This document shows positions 51,572 through 63,946 of a DNA stretch of 64,000 bases, piece by piece; position 1 is the first letter of the stretch; the number at the start of each line of letters is the position of its first letter. The stretch is from Tubiluchus corallicola (lineage: Eukaryota; Animalia; Priapulida): contig JAQGDQ010000487.1 of assembly GCA_030141605.1 (NCBI GenBank), positions 104,075 to 168,074 on the forward strand, written 5' to 3'. The notes beneath the pieces are model-generated. The model saw nothing but the letters and a program-made list of their open reading frames with translations. It did not search any database and had not been told where the DNA came from. Position numbers and translations under genes: made by a program.

Positions 51572-54500
51572 GTACGTACAACAATTTACTTTGTTTAAAT
51601 TCATTTCTACTTCTTTCCCGTTTTTCTCAATCTGGTAATTGTTTAAAACAGGAGGCATCCAGCACTCAATGATACCAGGCACAGCAATGACAATTTTTTA
51701 ATTTATTTAATGACTGTAAAGCTTTACAACGTTACAGCTAAAGGAGTGGAAGTTACGTCATAGATAGAAAGTGGAATGTGCAGTACTTAACGGTAGGTAT
51801 TGTTGAACAGCTGTAGCTGTACCAGAACCTAACTTTTTATTCTAACTTATCTTTGAACAGTTAGTGTTCTTTGAACAGTTAAAGAGAAACTGAACTGACG
51901 GAGATCTCTTAATTAGTTACGCCTGGATGCAATTACATTCTTGGTCCTCGTCATTGCTGTGTACAGTATGGCGGAAAAATAACCTACTGGAAATAATTTT
52001 CCCAACTGTCACCCATTAATTTATTGACCGCCGAATTTAGTATTGCCTAACTTTGTATTTATCTTCATGACCCGTGCAGAGAATTGCGATAAAAATCAAT
52101 CCTGGCGAAAATCAAATGGCTGTGCATCCTTCTACTTGTAGGCTTTTGTTACTACTAAATTTTCACAAAAAAGTGTGAAAAACTGTTGGCATATGTTTTG
52201 CTATATTAAAGGAAAACCGGACGATTGTTTAGACTCAATCTCATTTTAATTTACTGTCCAAAATATACATTTTCTCTTCTCTTATCTACAAAAGTACGCA
52301 ATTGTTTCTTATATTTGAATAATTAGCTTAGAAAGTTAATTAATGGTAAACGAACACAGCTATTGCTTACGTCAGAAACTAACCACAGTTTGTGCAATGG
52401 CAGGTGTCTTCCCTTGCATGTCAAGCACATTTGCATAGGTGTTACAGTACTGTTTAAACGCATGTCACGAAAATGGGCTCTACATCATATGACGTCAGAA
52501 ACTAACACTGCAGTTCATGATCATGGTTATCACGGTCCCGCCTTCTATTTGTCGGCCATGCGAATGTGACAAAAAGGCGCCGGTGCCAATCTTAGTAGAT
52601 TCACTGAGCCACGCGTAGCTTTGAAAATTTAACAAAATTTGAGTATGCGAGGTAATTATTATTTTATCTAAGCTTTGATTTAAGATAAGCTATTGTAGTT
52701 TTCAATATTTTAGAGCATTCTTTATTCTGAACTCGTGTTTGCACAATCGCTTATCTGTATATTTGTCTCACTAACTGTGCATAAAATAAGGAGAATAAGA
52801 GCAAGATAAAACATTTATGCTCACCAAATGTAAATGTACATGTCATGATTGCCCAGAAAACAGAAGGTCTTGGGTTCGAGTCCCAGCGGAGTGAAAAACT
52901 TTAGTATTGTTTTTGTGTTCGTCTTACATTGGCCAATTGCGCTAACCTATCAAGGTTCACAAGGCTGCCCAGAAAACAAGGTTTTGGGTTCGAGTCCCAG
53001 TAGAGTACAAACTTGAGTACTGTTTTCGAGTGTTCATATTACATGGCAAATTGTGCTAACCTATCAAGGTAACATGGCGTCAAGAAAACAGAAGGTTTTG
53101 GGTTCGCATCCCAGTAGAGTGAAAACTTTAGTATTGTTTTCGAGCGTTCATATTTCATTGACCAATTGTGCTACCCTATCAAGGTTGACATGGCTGCCAA
53201 GAAAACAGAAGGTTTTGGGTTCGAATCCCAGCAGAGTGAAAAACTTTAGTATTGTTTTCGAGCGTTCATATTGCATTGGCCAATCCTGCTACCCTGTCAT
53301 TTACGGTTAAGCCTATCAAGGTTACCATGACTGCCCAGAAAGCAGAAGGGTTGGAGTACCAGTAGACGTGCAAAAAATTTTAAGTGTTTTTTTGCGTTCA
53401 TATAATTGATCTTGTACTACAATATTAATAGTGTGGACTGTGATTCCTTGCTAATAGACCAGTAGAGGCTTATACTGAAAGCAAAAACCAGTAGCTCTGT
53501 GGTGTAATCATGAACGTAGGTGCCTGAAAACTTGGTCTTAGGATCAAGTCCCAGTGGAAGTGCAATTTTTTTTCACGCTTTCTAGTTTAGTATTGTTTTT
53601 GTGCGTTTACATGATAGATAATGATGTCCCGTTATTGTAAGACAGGTGGACATCACATCAGAATGTATTAATTATGAACAAGGCTCGTTTGATGTGATTG
53701 ACTGGACAGATGGTTCAATGCCCTGCAGCGGTTTAATTTTTCACTTGAACGGCAATTAATTACCATTAGTAATTAGCTACACATCCGGAGAAATAAAAAT
53801 TAATTATTCAGTCCTTGTATTAATATTTATAAATATCACTAACTTTAATTAAAATTGGTGACAAATATTATATGGCAGATATTATAATCATTTGACTATT
53901 TTTCACATTGTCTGGAATTAAAGGACAAGTACCCGTTTTCACTTCTCCCATAATCCAAGTTACTAGACTATTAAAATTAGTGAATTCTGGCAGATATTAT
54001 AATCATTTGACTATCTTTCATATTGTCTGAAATTAAAGGACAAGCACCCGTTTTTCACTTCTCCCATAATCCAAGTTACTAGAATGTTAAAATTGGTGAA
54101 TTCTCACAGATATTATAATCATTTGATTATTTTTTCAGTGTCTGGAATTAAAGGACAAGTCAAGAGATGTTACAACTGTTTGTATGGGGAAAGTGTCCAT
54201 GGGAACATGCTGACTAAAGTCATAGGTTTGTGTTTACACTAATTACAATCTGTTGTCTATACTTATCACATAATTATGGAGTAATTATGAATAAAATCAT
54301 TTATTACATCAGTGACCTTGTGCCCTCGGGTAGCTTCATTTCTTATACGTTGCCACTAGTTCCTAAATGCCAACCACTTTGTTCATAGTATTCTCTTTTC
54401 TGTTGGTTCTGACAGGTTTCAGCTGGACATTCATAGATGTAGTACAGCAGCTTAGAAATTCGTTTTTCCTTCGAACCTCTTATGTGTGGAATTCTCTATC

Positions 54501-57500
54501 GGAAAATTATTCCCTTAAAAATTGCAACCTCACGTGCTTCAACAAGAACATTAACAGGGAGCACATTCTTCAAATTAGTAGTACGGATTCTACTTCTCTG
54601 GACAAGCCCTCACATTTTTATTTTAATACCTTATCTTGAGTCACCATTGACCTCATTTAGGTGATTTGTGTAAAGAAGTGTAGAACTTAATACCAAGGCC
54701 GACTACACTGAAAGCTGTGGTAGGACTAGAACATAGCTGATTAGCTAGCTGGCAAATTTTCTCAGCCATGGACTGGATGAGAATGTACCCTCATTTGATG
54801 AACAAACAGCCTGCAGCAGTGAGCAAGTGATATCAAAAGTGGGTCACCCATCCAGCTACTAACTAAGCTCGGTCGATGAACCTGGCTTACAAACGGTAAT
54901 GCCATGGATGCGAAAACATAACTGCACAAAAAATGAGGCAACCATAGTTATGAACAAAACAGCATTTATTAGCACAACATTTAAGAGCTAATATTGATTT
55001 TTTAATTGCATGCAATATCAAATTTTACAGAAAATAAGCTGCTACCTCGGTCAGAAATGTGCGGTGATCCACTGGATTTTAGTGGAGATGACGATCATCT
55101 AGTGGTGGAGTGTGCGGGATCATGCGTCAAAGTAAAAACGCTATTACATGGTTAGTGTTTTAGTTTTGTTTCACTTTAAACATCCTGTCACCGCTCAAAG
55201 TTCAAATTTCAAAGACGGATTTAATGTTGCCAATTTTATTTTGTTTGTGTTCAGTGTTTTGAATCAAAAAATACAAACAAACTGTGTAGGTGAGATGATC
55301 AGCTTTTATATTGTTATTCAAGTGATGCTGTGCCTGCAATGCCGCTATGTGGGCAGAGGAAAGAGGGTTTGAGGATAGCGGAAAGCGATCGAAATCCAAA
55401 TCTTGGTCAGCTTCCTTCTGATGGAACTAAGCATAGATCTGGATCAATAAGCATTTTCACAGTTCCAGTGATTGATGATGATCGTGAAAAGTCAACGGAC
55501 AAGTGTACCAAACAACGCATTTGTGTACACTTGACAACGCCTCGTAGTCTGTGTTATTACGTAATAGCAACAGTTTTAACAGCTAGCTAGAACCTTACTT
55601 GGTTCAGTTTTTCTTGTTCCCAAGCAAGATTCTGCTAGTAAATCACTCTATGCTGAGACTAGTACATAGTTAAGTAAAGTCTGCACAAAACAACTGCAGT
55701 TACTGAACTAACGTGGCAGACGGCTTTGCTATCACATGACGGTTGTAGTTAAGACGCATTACTGTGGTACACTCAATCTTTGACCTACACCAACTGGACG
55801 TGCGGACAATGAAACTATGAAAAGGCTTATTGACAGAGTTGCTGACATGTAGGCAAACCGCGAGGTCTGCTTATACGTTGTTGTTGTTGAGCAGGCACTT
55901 GTATTCAGCAGTAAGTATTCCACTGGGGACTTGTGCATAAATGAAAAAGTACTTATAACAGTCGGCAGTTCATAATTTAAGCTATAATTTAAACGAGTGT
56001 TCGTCCACCTTGTGTTCCTGTGCAAGTCAAAAATATCACTCGGGTTTTATCGGTGTGTCTCATTGCAGATAGTAATGAAACAAGTTTCTGTTCTCCTTGT
56101 TTTGCTAATATGACGTTGGGCTATTTAGATTCATTTATTTATCCATTTAGCACAATATTACAATATTGTAAATATTAAATTCGGTGGTATATATTGGTGG
56201 ATATATAACCGACGAGGCTACAGCTCCAACGACGGCACCATTCTCGACGATCTATACATCAAGCAAAAGGTCCGGACCCATAGATTTGCCATTGGGGTTT
56301 TATTTTTCGAATCGGGCCCACCGGGAGAAACGGGGGGGGGGGCGAAAAACCTCCAAAAATGGTCATTTTTTGCAAAACTTATATCTCTTATTTCTAGAGA
56401 TCCGGAATGGGCCGTGGGTGATGCTGGTAATGGTTGAATAGTGCATTTATAATTACAGAATTGACAATGATTGTAGTGCTATGAGCGTAGCAGAAGAAAT
56501 TATCCATGCTCAACATGTATAAGCCTTTATTATGGCATAGGCAAACAATAAGCCTTTTCCTGGTTTTGCTGTATGCATGCACAGTTGCTGTAGGTCAAAG
56601 GTTAAGTATACCACAGCAATGGGTCTTGACTACAACCATCACGTGACATGTGGGTAAAGCAATGCATCAGTTCAGTAACTTCAGTCGTTTTACATGGGCT
56701 TTACTTAATTATGTAAGGTCAAAGGTTAAGCATACCACAGCAATGGGTCTTGATTACAACCGTCACGTGACATGCGGGTAAAGTAATGCATCAGTTCAGT
56801 AACGTCAGTTGATTTACATGGACTTTACTTAATTATGCAAGGTCAAAGATTAAGTATACCACAGCAATGGGTCTTGATTACAACCGTCACGTGATATGTT
56901 AGTAAAGCAATGCATCAGTTCAGTAACTTCAGTTGTTTTGCGTGGACTTTACTTAATTATGCATTAGTCTGCATAGAGTGATTTACTAGCAGGATCTTGT
57001 TTGGGTAAAGCAAAGCGTCAATTCAGTAACTTCAGTTGTTTTACATGGACTTTACTTAATTATGCATTAGTCTGTGTGTAGAGTGATTTACTAGCAGGAT
57101 CTTGCTTAGGAACAAGAAAAAATGAACTAGGTAAGGTTCTAGCTAGCTGTTAAAACTGTTACTATTACAACAGCATGTACTGCGAGGCATTGTCAAGTGT
57201 ACACAAATGCGTCATATGGTACACTTAACCTTTGACCTTTTCACGACCAAATCGCTGGAACTGTAAAATGGCTTGAACAATTCAATGACAAGCAAAACTA
57301 TATATGATGTGTATGCTGTGTTACCTTGCCAAGTTTGTAGTTTTTTTTTGTTCATATTGTAACTTATTTGCAGGAGTTGAAGGAGTCAAACGTCACTGCC
57401 TCATATCAAATAAACACACGAGGAAAATGCCAATGTGCCTTAGTAGAGAGACGTCCAATTCAAAGCTTGAAATTTGCTACTGTAGTACTGACTTATGTAA

Positions 57501-57585
57501 CAAGACACCACAGACGTATAGTCCTTGTACAACAGTTATGTTGTTGTTCTTATGGATCAGCCTCAGATATTTAAGATTAATTTAA
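51496..57585 (+). CDS. Ly6/uPAR three-finger (quiver/sleepless-like) GPI-anchored protein, spliced gene span, 164 aa
   Basis: Exons 51496-51571, 54139-54225, 55031-55150, 57374-57585 join via phase-1 introns (495 nt): signal peptide, CYNC, 10 domain cysteines ending CYCSTDLCN, hydrophobic C-terminal tail. Confidence 0.88.
52210..52750. mobile_element. Kolobok-like MITE (inverted copy of the 15531-16076 family)
   Basis: TTAA|AGGAAAACCGGACGATT start and collinear reverse-complement match. Confidence 0.75.
52843..53610 (+). repeat. Tandem array of tRNA/SINE-head-derived units of about 116 bp
   Basis: GGTTCG(A/C)(G/A)TCCCAG B-box at about 52873, 52987, 53101, 53218, with degenerate copies near 53350 and 53540. 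Confidence 0.75.
53850..54160. repeat. Tandem repeat of about 115 bp overlapping the Ly6 exon 2 acceptor
   Basis: CAGATATTATAATCATTTGA at about 53876, 53991, 54107. Confidence 0.9.
54139..54225 (+). CDS. Ly6-like exon 2 (SGIKGQVKRCYNCLYG...)
   Basis: CYxC start of three-finger domain, AG/GT, phase 1-1. Confidence 0.85.
55031..55150 (+). CDS. Ly6-like exon 3 (...MCGDPLD...ECAGSCVKVK...)
   Basis: CxDP and CxGxCVK motifs, AG/GT, phase 1-1. Confidence 0.88.
56550..57275. mobile_element. MITE with an internal tandem amplification of about 124 bp
   Basis: AAGCCTTTTC...AAAATGGCTT ends; three copies of GGTCAAAG.TTAAG.ATACCACAGCAATGGGTCTTGA. Confidence 0.72.
57374..57585 (+). CDS. Ly6-like terminal exon (VKRHC...CYCSTDLCN plus GPI signal)
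   Basis: tttgcag acceptor, CxCxxDLCN, hydrophobic tail, TAA. Confidence 0.9.
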
Positions 57586-57959
57586 TTTATTTAAAAACCA
57601 TATTTTGCATGCCGCAAATTTTTCTTATTATTGTGATTAGTTAGTTAATTTCATATTTTTGTAAATAAATAGATATATTGAGAGGGCATGCCATGTGACA
57701 CGTCTTTATGGTGGGATAAACAGATATGAGATAACCCGCGAAAGTTTTGCAATCAAAATTTGAAAAAGTTAAGCAAAAAGATATCCACTTTCCCGATACA
57801 GACTTGGCGTTCCTACCATTGTGTTATCAGAAACGTTTTAAGTTTTTCATTTTACTCCGAGTTGTACATTCATATTCTGTGTTTAATGATTGTCTTAATT
57901 GTAAAATGTGTATAATAACTATTGTACAATTCTAAAATTACATAGCAATGCGATAATAT

Positions 57960-58500
57960 GCGTGCTTGCAAACCAAAACGTCCATAAGTCGGCATAGTTA
58001 AAACTAAGTTATGAAGCAGAATGCACCAAAAGTTTGGTCAAATGTCGATTTTTTATTTTTTATGAAAACAAATGCTACATATACTGGACTTTTACATTCT
58101 AGCATCAAATTATCAAGAAAGTGTTCAAAAACACTAAAAATCTAATTTTATAACTCCTTACCCACTTTTCTGTCTAGAAACTAGTACTGCAATTGTAAAT
58201 GCATCTACTGGATTTAAACGTAACTTCAATGTGTTCTTGTAAAATCCATAGCAACTACACTTTCGTACGGTTGCTAAGTGTTTTGTAGAGATGCGACAAA
58301 AAACAATAGCTGACTTTAACAGTGATTTTCTCAAGATTATGATTTTCTCTGTGCAGCCTGCACCTCAACTTCAATGTGGATTAATTCAGCTTAGAAATAA
58401 CATAGAGCGATGAACTTGGTATCAAAATGATCTTCATGAAATGGAGATTCAGGATATGTGAATAACTAGACTTATGGACGATTTTGCTATGCAAGCACAC
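57960..58500. mobile_element. Sola1-like MITE, inverted copy of 25044-25597
   Basis: Same TIRs; AWWT-type flanks (ATAT/AATT). Confidence 0.78.
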
Positions 58501-59175
58501 AATTATTCTATTTCTTTTATTTCCTTGTTACTGAATTTTTTATTAACTGTTTATGACCTTTATTGCTAAGACTTTCTATGTGATTTTCTAAATATTTAAT
58601 ATAATTAGGTAAATAGGACGAACCTGCTTGTTGCATAATATATGATCCACATAAAAGTGGAGCCTCAAGATTGATTCTACAGATGGTAGCCATTTTGGAA
58701 TTTAAAATAAATTTCTGCACACACCAAATGTTCCGTATCATAAATTAAGACAATTTGTGAAATATTTAATAAAAAGTTCCGAAAATATTTTTTAGAATGC
58801 AAGTTTTTACAAAAATGAGGTAAACAATTTATTTGCAGAATTTAAAAGCCAGTTGATACCCGTTAGTTAAGTAAACTAAAATAAACTCTAAACTATATTT
58901 ACTATCAAAAATTTCAACAGCAAACAACAATGCAGCATACCTAGTAATGTAACGATGATTTTTTAATGATAGGAATTTTTTTGCAAATGCAAAATGAGCG
59001 CCCCTTTTTCACAAGAAAACTTGGTTTTAATGAATTGTTGATATTATTACAAAAATCTGGTTTCACTGCTTCACTCTTCAAGATATTTCTTGCCTCTAGT
59101 TTTGAACTTACACATATATTGTATTCACTTTACAGTTCTGTTAGAAAACTTTGTGTTGAAAAGCAAAACAAAGTG

Positions 59176-59630
59176 CAGTCAACCTCGGATACAAGGGACA
59201 CCTCCGGACCGGAAAAAGCCATCCCTTGTATCTGATGTCCCCTATAGCCGAAGTTGAATCAGACCGAGGGTGCATCTAGATCTGTACTTTTACTCATATT
59301 TTTATGGATTATTGCTACACATTCAGTGCAAACAGTATGTAGGAAGCTCCGTCAGTGATGCGAGATGTATGTGACCATGGAAACCGAGTTGTTGGAAGGC
59401 CGAGTTTGCGAAAAATTGAGATTAAAAATCGATCAATTTCGCTTTGATCAGAGGGTACCTTATATGCGAGGTAATTTGCCTGGGTTTCTATTACGCAGCA
59501 CCTGAAGACTTCGTCCCTTATATCCAAGTACCTTATATACGAAGATTTTTACATAGGAAAAACGTTACGAAAAATCGGGACCAGTGTTGGTGGTCCCTTA
59601 TAAGCGAGTATCTTATACCGAGGTTGACTG
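59176..59630. mobile_element. Tc1/pogo-like MITE (partial copies about 61525-61720 and 46330-46506)
   Basis: TIRs CAGTCAACCTCGGATA.AAG / CTTATACCGAGGTTGACTG|TA. Confidence 0.8.
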
Positions 59631-60656
59631 TATATGTACCTTTGCGCTACACATATTTGTCAATAGTCATACTAAGCATAGACAGATGGCAACTGAGTAG
59701 AGTCTGCAGTAGTGTTGCTGTTGTCTGGGCAACTCAGGATCTCCATACACCTTGCCCAGGCGTGCGCCCTGGAGACGTTCAAGGATCGCATTGCTCAGCC
59801 ACAGTCGACGCTGCAGCTCCATCAATGTGATCAATAACTGACTCTCTTGGCGCACACTCCATTGCCTTCCGAGATACAACGATGCCAACTACTTGATACA
59901 CTTACTTGATGCAGTCATATAAAGGCATATTTTTTTCATTTAAAAGGTAAAACGCAATAATTATTATAACATTCTTCTCTCATGGAACGCATTTTTCCAC
60001 GGCTAACTCTTGGCTAGGGTTGCCGTTTTGTATGATGCTTATTGTATTGGAAGCTAAAAGTGTCGAATTTTCCGCCAGATCGGTGTATTAACAGCCGAGT
60101 AGTGTTGCCGCTTATACCATAATTATCAGAACATACGTTCATGATACAAAAAATAGACTATACAATAATCAATGATTACACAATAATTTAGTAACGTGAA
60201 ACTAAAAAACAAAGCTTGAAAAAATGTCTATTGAAAAAATTTAAAACATTACTATACGCTTAATAGGTTTTCGAATAATTTAACAGCTGAAAAATAACTA
60301 AATAAAATATTACCAAAAAACTTACGAGATCATTTTAGCCTATGTCTGTGTTTTCAAGAAGAAAATTTTACATACATCTTTTTCCGTTTGTATGTGGTAA
60401 TACAGCGTATCTTCGGGCTAGGTCCTTTAAGATGATAGATTAAATGAAAACGCTCTAAAGTTTGCAAAGATTTACCAATTTTTCATTATCCGAACTGATC
60501 AGCATATTGGATCCGAATTTAGCTAACCTATCCGGTTATAATCCGAATCCAAAAGTCAGTTTGAGGAAATATTCGATGATATCCGGTATTCGCTATCCGG
60601 TAAAAAAAGTGTAGCCGGTCTCCTGTGTATCCGGTCTTCAGTCTGCTGTGCCACCG

Positions 60657-60765
60657 CTATAATTTGTAACTTTTAGAACTGTAAACCCGCATGCCATTCT
60701 GAATGGAAGATCTCGCGTGCTTGGTTAAAAGTGCATTAACATCTGTCTTCTCGGCAGTGAGGTCT
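60657..60765 (-). CDS. DSCC1: DSCC1 terminal coding exon
   Basis: ALLTKxxRSSxQNG motif, TAG stop. Confidence 0.9.
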
Positions 60766-63700
60766 CTGGAAAAGTACGAAATCACTCAATAGTGACAGCA
60801 AAGGGAGACTGGAACTTGACAAAAAAAACTTGACAGTTTTTTTTTCAATTTAATTCAATTCAAAATTTATTTGTCTCTCTTAGAAGGATTACAAAAGTAC
60901 TATAGTTAGCGAATTATATATATCAACAAAATGGAGGCAGTTTGGTGAAAGACCAGGGGTCATCTCGTTAGTGAGATCCGTACCTTTCTTCTCGGTGGTG
61001 AGGTCTCTGGAAATGTACAAAATCACTCAATAGTGACAGCAAAGGGAGCTGGAGCTTGACAAAACTTGACGCAGGTTTTTTCAATTGAATTCAATTCAAA
61101 ATTTATTTCTCTCTCTTAGAAGGATTACAGAAGTACTATAGTAAGCAAATTGTATCAACAAAATGGAGACGGTTTGGTGAAAGACCGGGGTCATCGAGCA
61201 GCCACCTCTATATGAATAAGTGAATTTTAGATACCACAGTTTTTTTTATATGATAATATATGTATATGTTATATTGTCTGTATCAGTTAGTTGTGTATAC
61301 TGTGTGCTGTTGATTTAAACTTGTCTGAAACAAAAATTATAATTGCGCAAATAATTATAATCAATTTAGAGATTTTTGAAGTTTATGGTGGACAAAATGA
61401 TGAAAAATGAAGCAATGTAATGAAATCATACAGTACCGATTAACCATGCATTGTAAGATAAAGTAAATGAACTATAATAAAAAAAAAGAAATTGACCGAA
61501 ACCATATCAAACATCTATATATATAGTCAACCTCGGATATAAGGGACACCTAGGGGCCGGAAAAAATCGTCCCTTATAGCCGAAGTTGTGTCAGACCAAG
61601 GATGTATCTAGACCTGTACCTTTCTGTATTTTTACCCATATTTTTATGAATTTTTGCTACTCATTCAGTGCAAACGGAATGTAGGAAACTCCTTCAGTGA
61701 TGCGAGATGTATGTGACCGGATGACAGTAACTTGTAAAGCTGTTCACACTTGCGAGTTTGTTGTCAAATAACTCGAAAGCATGTTCAAAACTCTCTGAGA
61801 GTTACTCTCCAACAGTAAACACGAACTGAGGCACGTTTTTTTCTATTCTCTGCAAGAAGAGTAACTCACTGAAGCATTCACACTAGACAGCAAATCCACT
61901 GGCAGAACTGTTGGAGAGTTTGCTAGAACTTGTAACTTGCTGACAGTAACTTGTAAAGCTGTTCACACTTGCGGGTTTGTTGTCAGAAAGAAAACTAGTA
62001 ACAGAAAACTCGCAACTAGGAAAGTATCGCAAAGTTTGTAAATAATGTTACGTGTACTGATTTAAATCTAAAATAAATAAGACACAAATAAATAGAATTA
62101 ATGCTGCAAAATATTTTTAATATCAGGGTTAAAAAAACTTACTCAATATAAGGTTTAATTTCTTCTAATGTCCATTTTGGCTTCGTCTTAAATAAAGCCG
62201 AGAATCTTTCCTGTAAATCCGTAGGTAGTTCCGAAGCGGGATAATACTTCACTACTTCCGGTTTAACGTTTCGGTCCACCAACGCAAGCCCCTGAGAAGT
62301 AAACAAACAAGTAAACAACAACAGCAAACTTACCGTATATACGAGCGTACAAGTCGACCTTATGTACAAGTCGATGTGCATTTTAAGACCAAAAATTGCA
62401 TCATTTTATATATTACCTGTGTACAAGTCGACCATAAAATATTAAGATCTTCCAGAGTAAATGATGTCAATAATGGCCGAGTAATAAATCAATAGCTTAC
62501 TGTGTTAGTGTGTAAGATACGTGCAAGTGCCTGGGCCGTGTATATTATACCTACCCGATGTATTCATGTTGAGGGCCCTCAATGCAATTCGTGATAATGT
62601 AGCCTGGCCTTTCATCGTGCATAATTGTTTGTAATGCCTTTAACTCTAGGATATCGCGGCCAGTCGTAACATTTCAATCGCTGATTTCTCACTTAAAACT
62701 AAAAACCCATACCTGAAACGTCACAGTTTTATACAGTAACATCATTGGCGATTTCCATGTTCTGATCGAGTGCTCCGTCGCTAGTTTATTTACAGGTAAT
62801 ATATAAATTTTAACTTAATTTCACATACATTAAAATAAATTACAGTAATATTTGTTAATTTTGTGAAGTAATGTCAAGATGCGAACATTCTCTGATGTGA
62901 AGTATGAGTGTTCATTCAGTCCAGCGTATAATGAAGGATTATTTCTTTACATATTCGTATTGTAAAGACTCTTTAGCGACATCTCCCAAAAACATATCGT
63001 AAGTATAAGTCGACCCCAAAAATTTCACCTTAAAATCGCCTCTCAAAAATTCGACTTGTACATAAGTATATACGGTATCATTCATAGATCAGGTGTATCA
63101 AAATTTATATGTGTATACATTCAGCCATGAACCCCATCACATTCTATCTTTGAACTCCTGAGTTCATATTAGTATTTGTATATTAGCTACGTAACAGATA
63201 TTTCACTAAAATTAAAATATTCTGTTTATCTATTCGCATGAAAACATTTTCATGGGTGTTTTGAATTTTTCATACGTGGAATAAGGCCTATCTTTCATTG
63301 TCATACAATGTTATTTGTAGGAGCAATAAGGCCTATCTTTCATTGTCAGTTTGCAGTTTCCCTTACTGATGTATATGGAAACAGCACATCTAGTTATTTA
63401 TTATTGTTTATTTTTTGTACATTTGTGGAGGTCGATGAGAAATCAAGGATCCGTGAAAGTGTCAATGGTCCAAAAGTTTGGTGACCCTAATTCATATATG
63501 GATAATTAAATATTCTAAATTTTCACAAAAAGACAGATTCACGAAAACGGTAAATGCTTCTTAAGGAAAAGATTAATTTTACGAGAAACGAGCAAGCGGG
63601 TCATGCTGGATCCAAACACCTCGGTGCTTGCATTCTAGCTGGCCATAAAATGAATAATAAGTATCGGGACATCAATAGCAACGAGTTAGTTCTTAATGGC

Positions 63701-63946
63701 AAAAATAACTGAGATCAATAAAAAACAATCAAACCATATTACAACATCAACACTTGTCAATCAATAAAGAGCTACGTTGTCGGCATGGCAAGGTGGTCAA
63801 GCTGGTGTAGCTGGTCAAGCTTTGAAATAAAATTTGCTAGGAAAAGTCCGATTGCTTCATACACTTACCCTTATCTGGTCCAAACTTGTTGTCATGTCCT
63901 CTGGTACAGTCTGCTGCCAACTCCTCAGAAATTCTGACAAACTAAA
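60657..63946 (-). CDS. DSCC1: Sister chromatid cohesion protein DCC1, 3' part (gene continues past the window end)
   Basis: Exons 63946-63869 (FSLSEFLRSWQQTVPEDMTTSLDQIR), 62291-62143 (GLALVDR...ERFSALFKTKPKWTLEEIKPYI), 60765-60657 (DLTAEKTDVNALLTKHARSSIQNGMRVYSSKSYKL*) join in frame and parallel the DCC1 C-terminus (recalled). Confidence 0.92.
60743..61195. repeat. Tandem duplication of about 215 bp covering the DSCC1 last acceptor
   Basis: 60743-60963 matches 60984-61195. Confidence 0.9.
62143..62291 (-). CDS. DSCC1: DSCC1 exon
   Basis: GLALVDR / ERF..LF...KWT...I.PYI, AG/GT, phase 0-2. Confidence 0.92.
62333..63075. mobile_element. Tc1/mariner-like MITE, TA TSD
   Basis: TA|CCGTATATAC...GTACAAGTCGA and TCGACTTGTAC...GTATATACGG|TA. 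Confidence 0.85.
63090..63490. mobile_element. Possible old hAT (Charlie-like) MITE
   Basis: CAGGTGTATCAAAATTT / AAAGTTTGGTGACCCT ends; similar flanks TTCATAGAT / TTCATATAT. Confidence 0.4.
63869..63946 (-). CDS. DSCC1: DSCC1 exon
   Basis: WQQxVPE motif, AG/GT, phase 0-0. Confidence 0.9.

Noticed and set aside
59444-59888. 128-aa and 73-aa ORFs between the Ly6-like gene and DSCC1
   Set aside because: Partly MITE-derived; the rest has no recognisable motif or exon chain
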